Of a stretch of 40,629 nt of DNA, positions 9,968-18,590 are shown piece by piece. How positions within the stretch are numbered: the first letter of the stretch is position 1; the number at the start of each line of letters is the position of its first letter. The translations under genes were made by a program, and so were the position numbers. This DNA comes from Desulfovibrionales bacterium GWA2_65_9 (GTDB taxonomy: Bacteria; Desulfobacterota; Desulfovibrionia; Desulfovibrionales; Desulfovibrionaceae), in contig MGTN01000084.1 in the NCBI GenBank assembly GCA_001799475.1, forward strand, positions 8,238 to 48,866, in the 5' to 3' direction. The notes under the pieces were generated by a model, which saw nothing but the letters and a program-made list of their open reading frames with translations, did no database searches and had not been told where the DNA came from.

Positions 9968-11515
9968 ATGCAGCACGAAGAAAAAGTCATCATCCTCGAC
10001 TTCGGGTCCCAGGTCACCCAGCTCATCGCCAGGCGCATCCGCGAGGCCGGGGTGTACTCGGAGATCCACCCCTGCACCAGCGACCCTGCGGTCATCAAGG
10101 CCCTGAAGCCCAAGGCCCTGGTGCTCTCCGGCGGGCCGTCGAGCGTGCACGACGAGGGCGCGCCCCCGCTGCCCAAGGAATATCTGTCGTGGGGGCTGCC
10201 GATTCTGGGCATCTGCTACGGCATGCAGATTCTGGCGCACACGCTGGACGGCGAGGTGACCCGCTCAAAGGACCGCGAGTACGGCCGGGCCGAGTTCGAG
10301 GCCGTGGGCGACTGCCCGCTGTTCGAGGGCGTGGAGGGCAAGGACAAGCTCACGGTCTGGATGAGCCACGGCGACAACGTGGGCAAGCTGCCCACGGGCT
10401 TCACCTGCATGGGCAAGACCGGCAGCCTCGAAAACGCCGCCATGGGCGACGTCGGCCGCAAGATCTACGCCGTGCAGTTCCACCCCGAGGTGGCCCACAC
10501 CGACCAGGGTGAGCGCATCCTGGCGAACTTCCTGTTCAAGATCGCCGGGTGCAAGCCCGGTTGGACCATGGCCTCCTTTGTTGATTCGAGCATCAAGATC
10601 ATGAGCGACCAGGTGGGCCAGGGCAAAGTGGTGCTCGGCCTGTCCGGCGGCATTGATTCGACCGTGGCTGCGGTGCTTTTGCACCGGGCCATCGGCAAGC
10701 GCCTGTACTGCATCTTTGTGGACAACGGGCTGTTGCGCATGGGCGAGCGCCAGGAGGTCATCGGCTTCCTGGAGGAGCACTTCGACCTGAACGTCAAGTG
10801 CGTGGACGCGCGCCGCGAGTTCCTGGACAAGCTCGTCGGGGTCGAAGACCCGGAGCAGAAGCGCAAGATCATCGGCTACACCTTCATCGACGTCTTCGAC
10901 CGCGAAGCCAAGGCCATTGAGGGCGTGGAGTTCCTGGCCCAGGGCACGCTGTATCCGGACGTCATCGAGTCCGTGTCCTTCAAGGGGCCTTCGGCGGTCA
11001 TCAAGAGCCACCACAACGTGGGCGGCCTGCCGGAGAAGATGAACCTGAAGCTGGTCGAGCCCCTGCGCGAGCTGTTCAAGGACGAGGTGCGCAAGGTGGC
11101 CTACGAGCTCGGCATGCCCGAGCACATCATCTGGCGCCAGCCCTTCCCGGGGCCTGGCCTGGCCATCCGCATCCTGGGCGAGATCACCGATGAGCGCCTG
11201 GAGATCCTGCGCCAGGCGGACAAGATCGTGCAGCACGAGCTGGTGGCCAGCGACTGGTACCGCAAGGTCTGGCAGGGCTTCGCCGTGCTGCTGCCGCTCA
11301 AGACCGTGGGCGTCATGGGCGACGACCGCACGTACGAGCACGTCATCGCCTTGCGCATCGTGGACAGCCTGGACGCCATGACCGCGGACTGGTCGCGCCT
11401 GCCCACAGAGATCCTGGCGCGCATGTCAAACCGCATCATCAACGAGGTCAAGGGCGTCAACCGCGTGGTGCTGGACATCTCCAGCAAGCCGCCCAGCACC
11501 ATCGAGTGGGAATAG
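9968..11515 (+). CDS. guaA: GMP synthase (glutamine-hydrolysing)
   Basis: [34 protein letters not shown]. Confidence 0.97.
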   Translation: MQHEEKVIILDFGSQVTQLIARRIREAGVYSEIHPCTSDPAVIKALKPKALVLSGGPSSVHDEGAPPLPKEYLSWGLPILGICYGMQILAHTLDGEVTRSKDREYGRAEFEAVGDCPLFEGVEGKDKLTVWMSHGDNVGKLPTGFTCMGKTGSLENAAMGDVGRKIYAVQFHPEVAHTDQGERILANFLFKIAGCKPGWTMASFVDSSIKIMSDQVGQGKVVLGLSGGIDSTVAAVLLHRAIGKRLYCIFVDNGLLRMGERQEVIGFLEEHFDLNVKCVDARREFLDKLVGVEDPEQKRKIIGYTFIDVFDREAKAIEGVEFLAQGTLYPDVIESVSFKGPSAVIKSHHNVGGLPEKMNLKLVEPLRELFKDEVRKVAYELGMPEHIIWRQPFPGPGLAIRILGEITDERLEILRQADKIVQHELVASDWYRKVWQGFAVLLPLKTVGVMGDDRTYEHVIALRIVDSLDAMTADWSRLPTEILARMSNRIINEVKGVNRVVLDISSKPPSTIEWE

Positions 11516-11556
11516 CCAACGTGACGGCCTCGCGCTCATACACAGGGAAATAGGGT

Positions 11557-13083
11557 ATGCTCGGAACCACTGAATTGCTTGTCATCGCCGTTGTGGGGCT
11601 CATCGTCGTGGACCCCAAGAAGCTGCCGGACCTGATGAAGGGCCTGGGCAGGGCCTTGGCCGAGTTCAAGCAGATGAGCGGCGACGTCAAGCGCACCTTT
11701 GAGCGCGAAACCGAGATGGCCGACTTTGAGAAGCGCAAGGCCGAGGCCCACGAGCAGCTCTACGGCGAAAAAGCCGCCCAGGCCGCAGGCGAGACCTCTG
11801 CCGAGCCAGCCCCGGTCGAGCCGGAGACGCCCATCGAGACCATGGAGCACCCGGACGAGCCCGTGGTCGAGCCCAGTGCGGAAACCGTTGCCGAAACCGT
11901 TGACGAAACCGGTGCCGAAACCGGTGCCGAGAGCGTTGACGGGACCGTTGCCGCGAGCGTTGACGAGAGCGTTGACGGGACCGTTGCCGCGAGCGTTGAC
12001 GAGAGCGTTGACGTGTCCGTGGCCGAACCCCCCGCCGAGCCAGCCGCTGCGCCAACCGCAGCGACCGCAGGCGTTGCCGAGAGCGTTGAAGATAGCGTTG
12101 AAAAAGGCGTTGATGCGAGCGTTGATGCGAGCGTTGCCGCAACTGTTGCCGGGGCCGCAGTTGCGGCCGTGTCTGCGCCCGTTCCTGTGGCGGCGACCGA
12201 GGCCCAGCCGCCCGCAGCGGTCGAGCCTGCCCAGGCTCCTGCCCAGGCTCCTGACGAAACCGCGCCTCCACCTCCGCCGCCCCCGCCGCCCACGGGCGAC
12301 GAGGCAGTGGGCGAGGGGCAAAGCGGCCGCATGAGCCTCATCGGGCACTTGCAGGATCTGCGCAAGGGCGTCACGCGGAGCCTGGTGGCCATCCTGGTGG
12401 GCTTCCTGCTCAGCTACGCCTTTGCCGGGCACCTGCTCAAAATCCTCATGCAGCCCATGCTCTCGGTGCTCAAGCAGAGCCACTTCATCTACACCCTGCC
12501 CACCGAGGCCTTCTTCGCCGAGATGTGGATCGCTTTCGTGGCCGGCCTGTTTGTGGCCAGCCCGTACATCTTCTACCAGATCTGGGGCTTTGTGACGCCG
12601 GGGCTGTATTCTCACGAGCGGCGCTGGATCATCCCCATCGCCATCTGTTCGGCCCTGTTCTTCACCTTTGGCGCGCTGTTCGGCTACTTCGTGGTCTTCC
12701 CCTTCGGCTTCGAGTTCTTCGCCAGCTACGCCAGCGACATCCTGCTCTTCACGCCCAAGCTCGACGAGTACCTGGGCTTTGTGCTCAAGCTGTTGTTCGC
12801 CTTCGGCATCGTGTTTGAGTTGCCGCTGTTCATTTTCTTCCTGGCCCGGCTGGGCATCGTGAGCCACGTGGGCCTGCGGCAAAAGCGCAAGTACGCCATC
12901 CTCGGGTCCTTCATCGTCGCTGCGGCGCTGACCCCGCCGGACGCCATCAGCCAGACCATGATGGCCGTGCCTTTGTGCGTCCTGTATGAGGTTGGCATCT
13001 GGGGTGCGTACTTCTTCGGCAAAAAGAAGAAGCCGGACCCGGCTGTCGAGTCCGCGACGCCCCCGGGCGAGGCCGCTGCCTAG
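11557..13083 (+). CDS. tatC: Fused TatB-TatC twin-arginine translocase receptor subunit
   Basis: N-terminal TatB-like 'TTELLVIAVVGLIVVDPKKLPDLMKGLGR'; TatC motifs 'GHLQDLR', 'PGLYSHER', 'FELP', 'TPPDAISQ' from about 12331; no stop between them. Confidence 0.85.
   Translation: MLGTTELLVIAVVGLIVVDPKKLPDLMKGLGRALAEFKQMSGDVKRTFERETEMADFEKRKAEAHEQLYGEKAAQAAGETSAEPAPVEPETPIETMEHPDEPVVEPSAETVAETVDETGAETGAESVDGTVAASVDESVDGTVAASVDESVDVSVAEPPAEPAAAPTAATAGVAESVEDSVEKGVDASVDASVAATVAGAAVAAVSAPVPVAATEAQPPAAVEPAQAPAQAPDETAPPPPPPPPPTGDEAVGEGQSGRMSLIGHLQDLRKGVTRSLVAILVGFLLSYAFAGHLLKILMQPMLSVLKQSHFIYTLPTEAFFAEMWIAFVAGLFVASPYIFYQIWGFVTPGLYSHERRWIIPIAICSALFFTFGALFGYFVVFPFGFEFFASYASDILLFTPKLDEYLGFVLKLLFAFGIVFELPLFIFFLARLGIVSHVGLRQKRKYAILGSFIVAAALTPPDAISQTMMAVPLCVLYEVGIWGAYFFGKKKKPDPAVESATPPGEAAA
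11881..12150 (+). repeat. Degenerate 12-bp in-frame minisatellite (GMRASCGTTGMC-like) in the TatB-TatC linker
   Basis: 12 units at 11881-12024, including an exact 36-bp duplication (11929-11964 = 11965-12000), and 7 units at 12067-12150. Confidence 0.9.
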
Positions 13084-13115
13084 GGCCTGGGCAAAGCGCC
13101 CGGCGTGGCCGGAAC

Positions 13116-13215
13116 GCAGTCGGTGAGCAGTCGGGAAGCCGTTGACGAGCAGCCGGGAAGCCGTCGGGAAGCAGCCGCTGGACGGTCAAGGCGACAGCCG
13201 AGGAGCCGTCGAAGG
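13116..13215. repeat. Degenerate 11-bp tandem repeat (GCMGYCGGGAA-like, about 9 copies) between tatC and hisB
   Basis: gcagtcggtga gcagtcgggaa gccgttgacga gcagccgggaa gccgtcgggaa gcagccgctgg ... gccgtcgaagg. Confidence 0.8.
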
Positions 13216-13331
13216 GCAGGAGAACTGCGGCCCGCGCCTTGACAACGCCCGCCGCCTCTGATCTTGGGAGAAGAGCGTCGCAGCCTTTTGACTTGCGTGG
13301 CGGCTATTTGCGGCGCAAAGGAGTATCATCC

Positions 13332-13919
13332 GTGGCACAACGCGCGTCCAGCATTTCGCGGACGACCAAGGAAACCGACATCCGGGTGGCCATCGCCCTG
13401 GATGGAACGGGTGCGTGCGACATCAACACCGGCATCGGCTTTGCCGACCACATGCTGACCCTCATGGGCTTCTGGGCCGGGTTCGACCTGGCGGTGTCCT
13501 GCAAGGGCGACCTGCACATCGACGCCCACCACAGCCTGGAGGACATCGGGCTGACGCTCGGCCAGGCTTTGGCCGAGGCCCTGGGCGACAAGACAGGCAT
13601 TGCGCGGGTGGCCAGCGCCCAGGTGCCCATGGACGAGGCCCTGGCCTCGGTGGTCGTGGACCTCTCCGGGCGGCCCTATCTGGTCTACGCCGACGACCTG
13701 CTTCCTGCGCTCATCGCCGGGGAGGAAAAGGACGTCTGGCGCGAATTCTTCAAGTCTTTTGCGCAGCGGGCCGGGATGAACCTGCACATCCGCTATGAAT
13801 ACGGGAACAATGGCCACCATCTGCTGGAGGCCGCCTTCAAGGCCCTGGGCCTGGCGCTGCGCCAGGCTGTCCAGGTCTGCCGTTTGGGCGCGCCGAGCAC
13901 CAAGGGGAGCGTAGACTGA
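13332..13919 (+). CDS. hisB: Imidazoleglycerol-phosphate dehydratase
   Basis: [30 protein letters not shown]; GTG 13332 after AAGGAG. Confidence 0.95.
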   Translation: MAQRASSISRTTKETDIRVAIALDGTGACDINTGIGFADHMLTLMGFWAGFDLAVSCKGDLHIDAHHSLEDIGLTLGQALAEALGDKTGIARVASAQVPMDEALASVVVDLSGRPYLVYADDLLPALIAGEEKDVWREFFKSFAQRAGMNLHIRYEYGNNGHHLLEAAFKALGLALRQAVQVCRLGAPSTKGSVD

Positions 13920-14563
13920 TGCAACAGCGCACCATCCTGAATGTCTTTTTGGTCCTCTGCGTCTTGGCGCTTGCGTCCATGGCGGGCTGCGCGCCCAAGC
14001 CCATCACGGCGCAGCCAAGGCCGCTGGGCAACATCGCCGTGGCCGCCTTCACCGCTCCCAAGTACAACTGGGAGCTTTTGGCCGGATACCTGCCCGAGGA
14101 GGGCAAGGGCGTGAAGCCGGAGATTTTGACCAGGCTGGACGCCAACCTGGACCAGACCCTGCGCAGCCACGGGGTCAGGGTCGCGGCCACGCCTGCGGCC
14201 ACGCGCCAGTGCCAGGAGATCGTGGTCTTCGAGCGCGCGGGCAAGTCCCGCGAGTCGGCCTGGGCCTACTGGCTCAACGTCGGCAAGTGCCTGCCCGCGG
14301 ACTTCATCCTGGTGCCCCAGGTGCTGGGCTGGAAGGAGCTTGAGGGCGGCGGCAACCCGGCCTCGGTCATCATCGACCTGTTTCTGCTGGACGTGAAGGC
14401 CGAGCGCGTGGTCAACCGCTACCATTTTGACGAGACCCAGAAGGCGCTCTCGGACAACCTGCTGGACATGGGCAAGTTCGTGCGCCGGGGAGGCGAGTGG
14501 GTCGGGGCCGATGTGCTGGCCAAGGAAGGCATCGAGGCGGGCCTGCGGGAGATGGGGCTGTGA
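13919..14563 (+). CDS. Lipoprotein of unknown function
   Basis: Signal peptide with lipobox MAGC; translationally coupled to hisB and hisA. Confidence 0.8.
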   Translation: MQQRTILNVFLVLCVLALASMAGCAPKPITAQPRPLGNIAVAAFTAPKYNWELLAGYLPEEGKGVKPEILTRLDANLDQTLRSHGVRVAATPAATRQCQEIVVFERAGKSRESAWAYWLNVGKCLPADFILVPQVLGWKELEGGGNPASVIIDLFLLDVKAERVVNRYHFDETQKALSDNLLDMGKFVRRGGEWVGADVLAKEGIEAGLREMGL

Positions 14564-15297
14564 TCCTGTTCCCGGCCGTGGACATCAAGGACGGGCGCTG
14601 CGTGCGCCTGGAGCAGGGCCGCGCCGACGCCGTCACGGTGTTTGGCGAGGACCCGGCAGCCAGCGCCATGCACTGGGTGGCTCTGGGGGCCGAGTACCTG
14701 CACATCGTGGACCTGGACGGGGCCTTCAGCGGCAGCCCGCGCAACTTCGAGCTGGTGAAGCGCATCTGCGCCGAGGCCAAGATTCCGGTGCAGCTGGGCG
14801 GCGGGGTGCGCGACCTGGCCACGGCCAAGGCCTACGTGGAGGCCGGGGTGACCAGGCTGATCATCGGCACCATCGCGCTTGAGCAGCCGGAGCTCTTCGC
14901 CGAGATCTGCGCCGCGCTGCCGGGAAAGGTTGGCGTGAGCCTGGACGCCGTGGACGGACGGCTCAAGAGCCGGGGCTGGGTCACGGACGCCGGCCTTTCC
15001 GTGGCCGACGTGCTGCCGCGCATCGAGGCCGCCGGAGCGGCGTTCATCATCTATACGGACATCAACCGCGACGGCATGCAGAGCGGGGTGAACATTCCGG
15101 CGCTTACGGCCCTGTGCGAGGCGACCTCGCTGCCTGTGGTGGCCGCTGGCGGCGTGACCAACCTGCAGGACCTGAGGAACCTCGCGCCGCTGTGCGCCAA
15201 GGGCTTGGAGGGGGCCATCACCGGCCGGGCCATCTACGCGGGCACGCTGAACTTCATCGACGGCCTGGCCTTCACCAAGGAGCTGCGGGCGGGGTAG
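14560..15297 (+). CDS. hisA: ProFAR isomerase HisA
   Basis: FPAVDIKDGRCVRL, HIVDLDGA, QLGGGVR, YTDINRDG; GTGA overlap. Confidence 0.95.
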   Translation: MILFPAVDIKDGRCVRLEQGRADAVTVFGEDPAASAMHWVALGAEYLHIVDLDGAFSGSPRNFELVKRICAEAKIPVQLGGGVRDLATAKAYVEAGVTRLIIGTIALEQPELFAEICAALPGKVGVSLDAVDGRLKSRGWVTDAGLSVADVLPRIEAAGAAFIIYTDINRDGMQSGVNIPALTALCEATSLPVVAAGGVTNLQDLRNLAPLCAKGLEGAITGRAIYAGTLNFIDGLAFTKELRAG

Positions 15298-15330
15298 GCT
15301 GTCTTTGTTTGAACGAGCTGTGGAAAAGCG

Positions 15331-15362
15331 AGGGGGCCGTGAGGCCCCCTTTATTTTCTTTT
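15331..15362 (+). terminator. Rho-independent terminator after hisA
   Basis: AGGGGGCC-GTGA-GGCCCCCT followed by TTATTTTCTTTT. Confidence 0.8.
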
Positions 15363-15368
15363 CGCATA

Positions 15369-15761
15369 CTACGATCTCAAAGCCTTAATCACTTTCCACT
15401 GGCTCTCGCCAGGAAAACAGCATTCCCAAAAAATCCAGCCGTTCACAGGATTGCCTGTGATAGAGGTCGCCGCTGACGATGGGCTAAAATACTTTTTGCC
15501 ATCAAGGAGTAATGCCCCGTTTTGGACTTTTGCTGAGTGTCTTTTCCCCTTATATGTAGCCCTGAACTCGGAATTTTCCGGGAAGCGTACTCCTTTTGTG
15601 ACCCAATATCTTGAAGATGTTGCTGGTGTTGTCTTCTCCACATCTGCATCGGCTGCCAGGCCGAGCATGTCTCGCAACACATCGTTATAGCTGACACTTT
15701 CTGTCGCTCTCCTTATCATAAGAGCCTTGAGTACCTCAAAATCAATTTCGATAGTGGTCAT
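15369..15761 (-). CDS. Small protein with SeqA-N-like ribbon-helix-helix plus RAMA/DUF4357-like domain
   Basis: N-terminal 'MTTIEIDFEVLKAL...SYNDVLRDMLGL'; C-terminal 'GKKYFSPSSAATSITGNPVNGWIFW'; AAGGAG RBS; AT-rich. Confidence 0.7.
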   Translation of the reverse strand: MTTIEIDFEVLKALMIRRATESVSYNDVLRDMLGLAADADVEKTTPATSSRYWVTKGVRFPENSEFRATYKGKRHSAKVQNGALLLDGKKYFSPSSAATSITGNPVNGWIFWECCFPGESQWKVIKALRS

Positions 15762-15806
15762 GAATTTCTCCTTGGGCTGAGGTTATGCGCAATCTCGCGC
15801 ACCCAA

Positions 15807-15835
15807 GAAGTAGTACTGTAGCGCTTAAGTGTCAA
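15807..15835 (-). promoter_or_regulatory. Putative sigma70 promoter for the RAMA-like gene
   Basis: Minus strand TTGACA-N17-TACTTC. Confidence 0.4.
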
Positions 15836-15986
15836 TAGCGAAAATAGGAGTAAAATAGTAAAATGTAGTTGCTGTTTTTTGGGATAAGCCATTGTCGAGT
15901 GATATCAGTACATTCTCTGTTGTGCTCTATTGGGGGCTGTGGCTTTTGCCGGGGGCAGCGTCCTCTCGCTCGCTGTTTTGCCGAAG

Positions 15987-16292
15987 CTAGACCCGCTCCA
16001 GCGGCCGCACGTCCTCGTCCACCCGCACGAACAGCCCCTCGTCCCGCGCCTTTTCCATGTCGTAGTGCGTCTGCAGGTTCAGCCACAGGTCCGGGCTGGT
16101 GCCGAAGAACCGAGCCAGCCGCGCCGCCGTGTCCAGGCTGATGCCCCGGCGGCCATGCACGATGTCATGCACGCGCTGCATGGGCACGCGGATGGCCAGG
16201 GCCAGCCTGCTCTGCGATATGCCCATGGGCTGCAGGAACTCCTCCAGCAGTATCTCGCCGGGGTGGATCGGGGGCAGAATCTTCTCGCTCAT
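15987..16292 (-). CDS. higA: HigA family antitoxin (XRE HTH)
   Basis: 'PIHPGEILLEEFL...MGISQSRLA...FFGTSPDLWLNLQTHYD'. Confidence 0.93.
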   Translation of the reverse strand: MSEKILPPIHPGEILLEEFLQPMGISQSRLALAIRVPMQRVHDIVHGRRGISLDTAARLARFFGTSPDLWLNLQTHYDMEKARDEGLFVRVDEDVRPLERV

Positions 16293-16303
16293 TGTCTCAA
16301 CTC

Positions 16304-16585
16304 CTAGTGGTAGTCCACGATTTCCACATCAAAGGCGTCCGACCCGTCCCAGAGGAAGCATATCCGCCACTGGTCGTTGATGCGGATGCTCCAGGCCCCG
16401 TCGCGATCCCCGCACAGGCGCTCCAGGCGGTTGCCCGGCGGCAGGCGCAGTTCCTCCACGGTCTTGGCCGCGTTCAGCAGCAGAAGCTTGCGCAGGGCGG
16501 ACTTCACTATGTCAGGAGCCAGCCGCCGGGCCGATTCGCGCAGGAACAGCCGTTCCGTCTCCGCACACTTGAAGGTCTTGATCAT
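16304..16585 (-). CDS. higB: HigB family (RelE/ParE fold) toxin, 93 aa
   Basis: MIKTFKCAETERLF...PPGNRLERL...SIRINDQWRICF...EIVDYH; hidden at the 3' end of shadow ORF 16304..19000. Confidence 0.93.
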   Translation of the reverse strand: MIKTFKCAETERLFLRESARRLAPDIVKSALRKLLLLNAAKTVEELRLPPGNRLERLCGDRDGAWSIRINDQWRICFLWDGSDAFDVEIVDYH

Positions 16586-16587
16586 GT

Positions 16588-16620
16588 CTGTCGTATATAT
16601 GCTAGGCATGTACACGTCAA
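16588..16620 (-). promoter_or_regulatory. higBA promoter with overlapping palindromic operator
   Basis: TTGACG(16620-16615)-N17-TATACG(16597-16592); imperfect palindrome CGTATATATGC-TAG-GCATGTACACG. Confidence 0.65.
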
Positions 16621-16671
16621 GCGTGCGAGGTGCCCCTCTGTACTTGGACGCCGACACCCACGAATTGTCCC

Positions 16672-16700
16672 TTGACACACCCCCCTGCTGTGGACAACAT
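16672..16700 (+). promoter_or_regulatory. Putative sigma70 promoter for sulP
   Basis: TTGACA-N17-CAACAT, divergent from higB promoter. Confidence 0.4.
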
Positions 16701-16780
16701 GCGCACCCGGTGGGGAAAACCCTACTGCATGATACCGAATTCGCCGGGGCGGCTTTGGCCCGGGCAGGGGAGTTTCGCCT

Positions 16781-18535
16781 ATGATTGCCTGGATCGAGGC
16801 CCAACGGGCCGGGCTCATCAACAAAAAGAACCTCACCAACAACGTCCTCTCCGGCTTCGTGGTCGGGGTGGTGGCCATCCCCCTGGCCATGGCCTTTGCC
16901 ATCGCCTCCGGGGCCAAGCCCGAGCAGGGGCTCTACACCACCATCGTTGCCGGCATCATCGTCTCCATCTTCGGCGGTTGCCGCCTGCAGGTGGCCGGGC
17001 CCACCGGCGCCTTCATCGTCATCCTGGCGGCCATCACCGCAAAGTTCGGCATCAGCGGCCTGCAGATCGCCACGCTCATGGCCGGAATCATCCTGGTGGG
17101 CTTTGGCGCGGCCAAGCTCGGCGGGGTCATCAAGTTCATCCCCCGGCCGGTCACCGTGGGCTTCACCAGCGGCATCGCGATCATCATCTGGGTGGGCCAA
17201 TGGCGGGACTTCTTCGGCCTGCCCAAGGCCGCGGGCGAGCACTTCCACGAGAAATTTCTGGCCTTGGCCGGGTCCTTCGGCCAGCTGCACCTCGCCACGA
17301 CCCTGCTCTCGGTCCTGGCCCTGGTCATCCTCATTTTGAGCCCCAAGGTGTTCAAGCGCATCCCCTCGCCGCTGGTTTCCATGGTCGTGGTCACGGTGGT
17401 GCAGAGCATCTTCCAGTTCCCGGGCGTGGCCACCATCGGCACGGCCTTTGGCGGCATCCCCAGCACCCTGCCCATGCCCAGCCTGCCCGAGGTGCACTGG
17501 AACATGCTGTTGCCGCTCATCGGCCCGGCCTTCACCATCGCCTTCCTCGGCTCCATCGAGTCCCTGCTCTCGGCCGTGGTGGCCGACGGCATGACCGGCA
17601 CCCGGCACAACTCCAACCAGGAACTCATCGGCCAGGGCCTTGCCAACATCTTGTGCCCGTTCTTCGGCGGCTTTGCGGCCACCGGGGCCATCGCCCGCAC
17701 CGCCACAAACATCAAGAACGGCGCCACCAGCCCGCTCTCCGGCGTGGTGCACGGCCTTGTGGTGGTGCTGACCATCGTCCTCCTGGCGCCCCTGGCCTCC
17801 AACATCCCGCTGTGCTCCATGGCGGCCATCCTGTTCGTGGTGGCCTACAACATGTGCGAGGCCCGGCACTTCATGGACCTGGTGCGCACCGCGCCCAAGG
17901 CCGACATCGCCATCCTGTTCATGACCTTTCTGCTGACCGTATTCGCGGACCTCGTGGTGGCGGTGAACATCGGCGTGGGCCTGGCCTCGCTCATCTTCAT
18001 GGGCCGCATGGCGGGTTCCGTCCGCGTGGTGGAGGATGACCGCGCCACGCGTATCCTCTACCGCTCCAGGGAGGACTGCCCGGAGCAGCAGTCCCCGAGC
18101 TATACCCATACCCCCGAGGAAATCGACGAGTTCGACAAGTGCTGCAACACGGACGTCGTGGTCTACACCATCAGCGGGCCGTTCTTCTTCGGCGCGGCGG
18201 AGCGCATCGAGAGCATCATCTCGTCCATCAACGTGGAATTCACCACGGTGGTGCTGCGCTTCGGCCATGTGCCCTTTGTGGACGCCACGGGCATCGATGC
18301 GTTCCGCAACATCATCAAGCGCATGGAAAGACACGGCAAGCGCGTCATCCTGTGCAACCTGCAGCCCTACGTGTACGAGAAGTTCGAGAAGTCGGGCATC
18401 CTGGCCATGGTCGGCCCGACGAACATCATCAGCCGCGTGGAGGACTTCCACAAGGTCTGCGCCTGCAAGCTGGAGGGGGGGGAGCCCAAGGGACCCGCAT
18501 CTCCCGGCCCAACGCCGGCCCCTCCGGCGGCATAG
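16781..18535 (+). CDS. SulP/SLC26 anion transporter with STAS domain (DauA/YchM-like)
   Basis: 'AIPLAMAFAIASG', 'QVAGPTGAF', 'IESLLSAVVAD', 'NQELIGQGLAN', STAS 'GPFFFGAA...DATG'. Confidence 0.92.
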   Translation: MIAWIEAQRAGLINKKNLTNNVLSGFVVGVVAIPLAMAFAIASGAKPEQGLYTTIVAGIIVSIFGGCRLQVAGPTGAFIVILAAITAKFGISGLQIATLMAGIILVGFGAAKLGGVIKFIPRPVTVGFTSGIAIIIWVGQWRDFFGLPKAAGEHFHEKFLALAGSFGQLHLATTLLSVLALVILILSPKVFKRIPSPLVSMVVVTVVQSIFQFPGVATIGTAFGGIPSTLPMPSLPEVHWNMLLPLIGPAFTIAFLGSIESLLSAVVADGMTGTRHNSNQELIGQGLANILCPFFGGFAATGAIARTATNIKNGATSPLSGVVHGLVVVLTIVLLAPLASNIPLCSMAAILFVVAYNMCEARHFMDLVRTAPKADIAILFMTFLLTVFADLVVAVNIGVGLASLIFMGRMAGSVRVVEDDRATRILYRSREDCPEQQSPSYTHTPEEIDEFDKCCNTDVVVYTISGPFFFGAAERIESIISSINVEFTTVVLRFGHVPFVDATGIDAFRNIIKRMERHGKRVILCNLQPYVYEKFEKSGILAMVGPTNIISRVEDFHKVCACKLEGGEPKGPASPGPTPAPPAA

Positions 18536-18557
18536 CGGGAACGGCGCGCAGGACGCG

Positions 18558-18590
18558 CAAGAGAGGGGGGCCATTGGCCCCCCTCTCTTG
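18558..18590. terminator. Strong hairpin/terminator between convergent sulP and yciI
   Basis: Perfect 15-bp stem CAAGAGAGGGGGGCC-ATT-GGCCCCCCTCTCTTG. Confidence 0.75.

Noticed and set aside
3420-11341. Long antisense ORFs over liv/gua (and similarly 23537..25552, 34124..35986, 36283..38403)
   Set aside because: Expected from high-GC codon bias; no motifs, and they overlap well-supported genes
11881-13215. Repeat arrays as a possible CRISPR
   Set aside because: Units are 11-12 bp and abut one another with no unique spacers; no cas genes in the window
16700-16780. Possible riboswitch (for example fluoride) ahead of sulP
   Set aside because: Only short hairpins; the GGCGATGG...CTGATG-type consensus is not present
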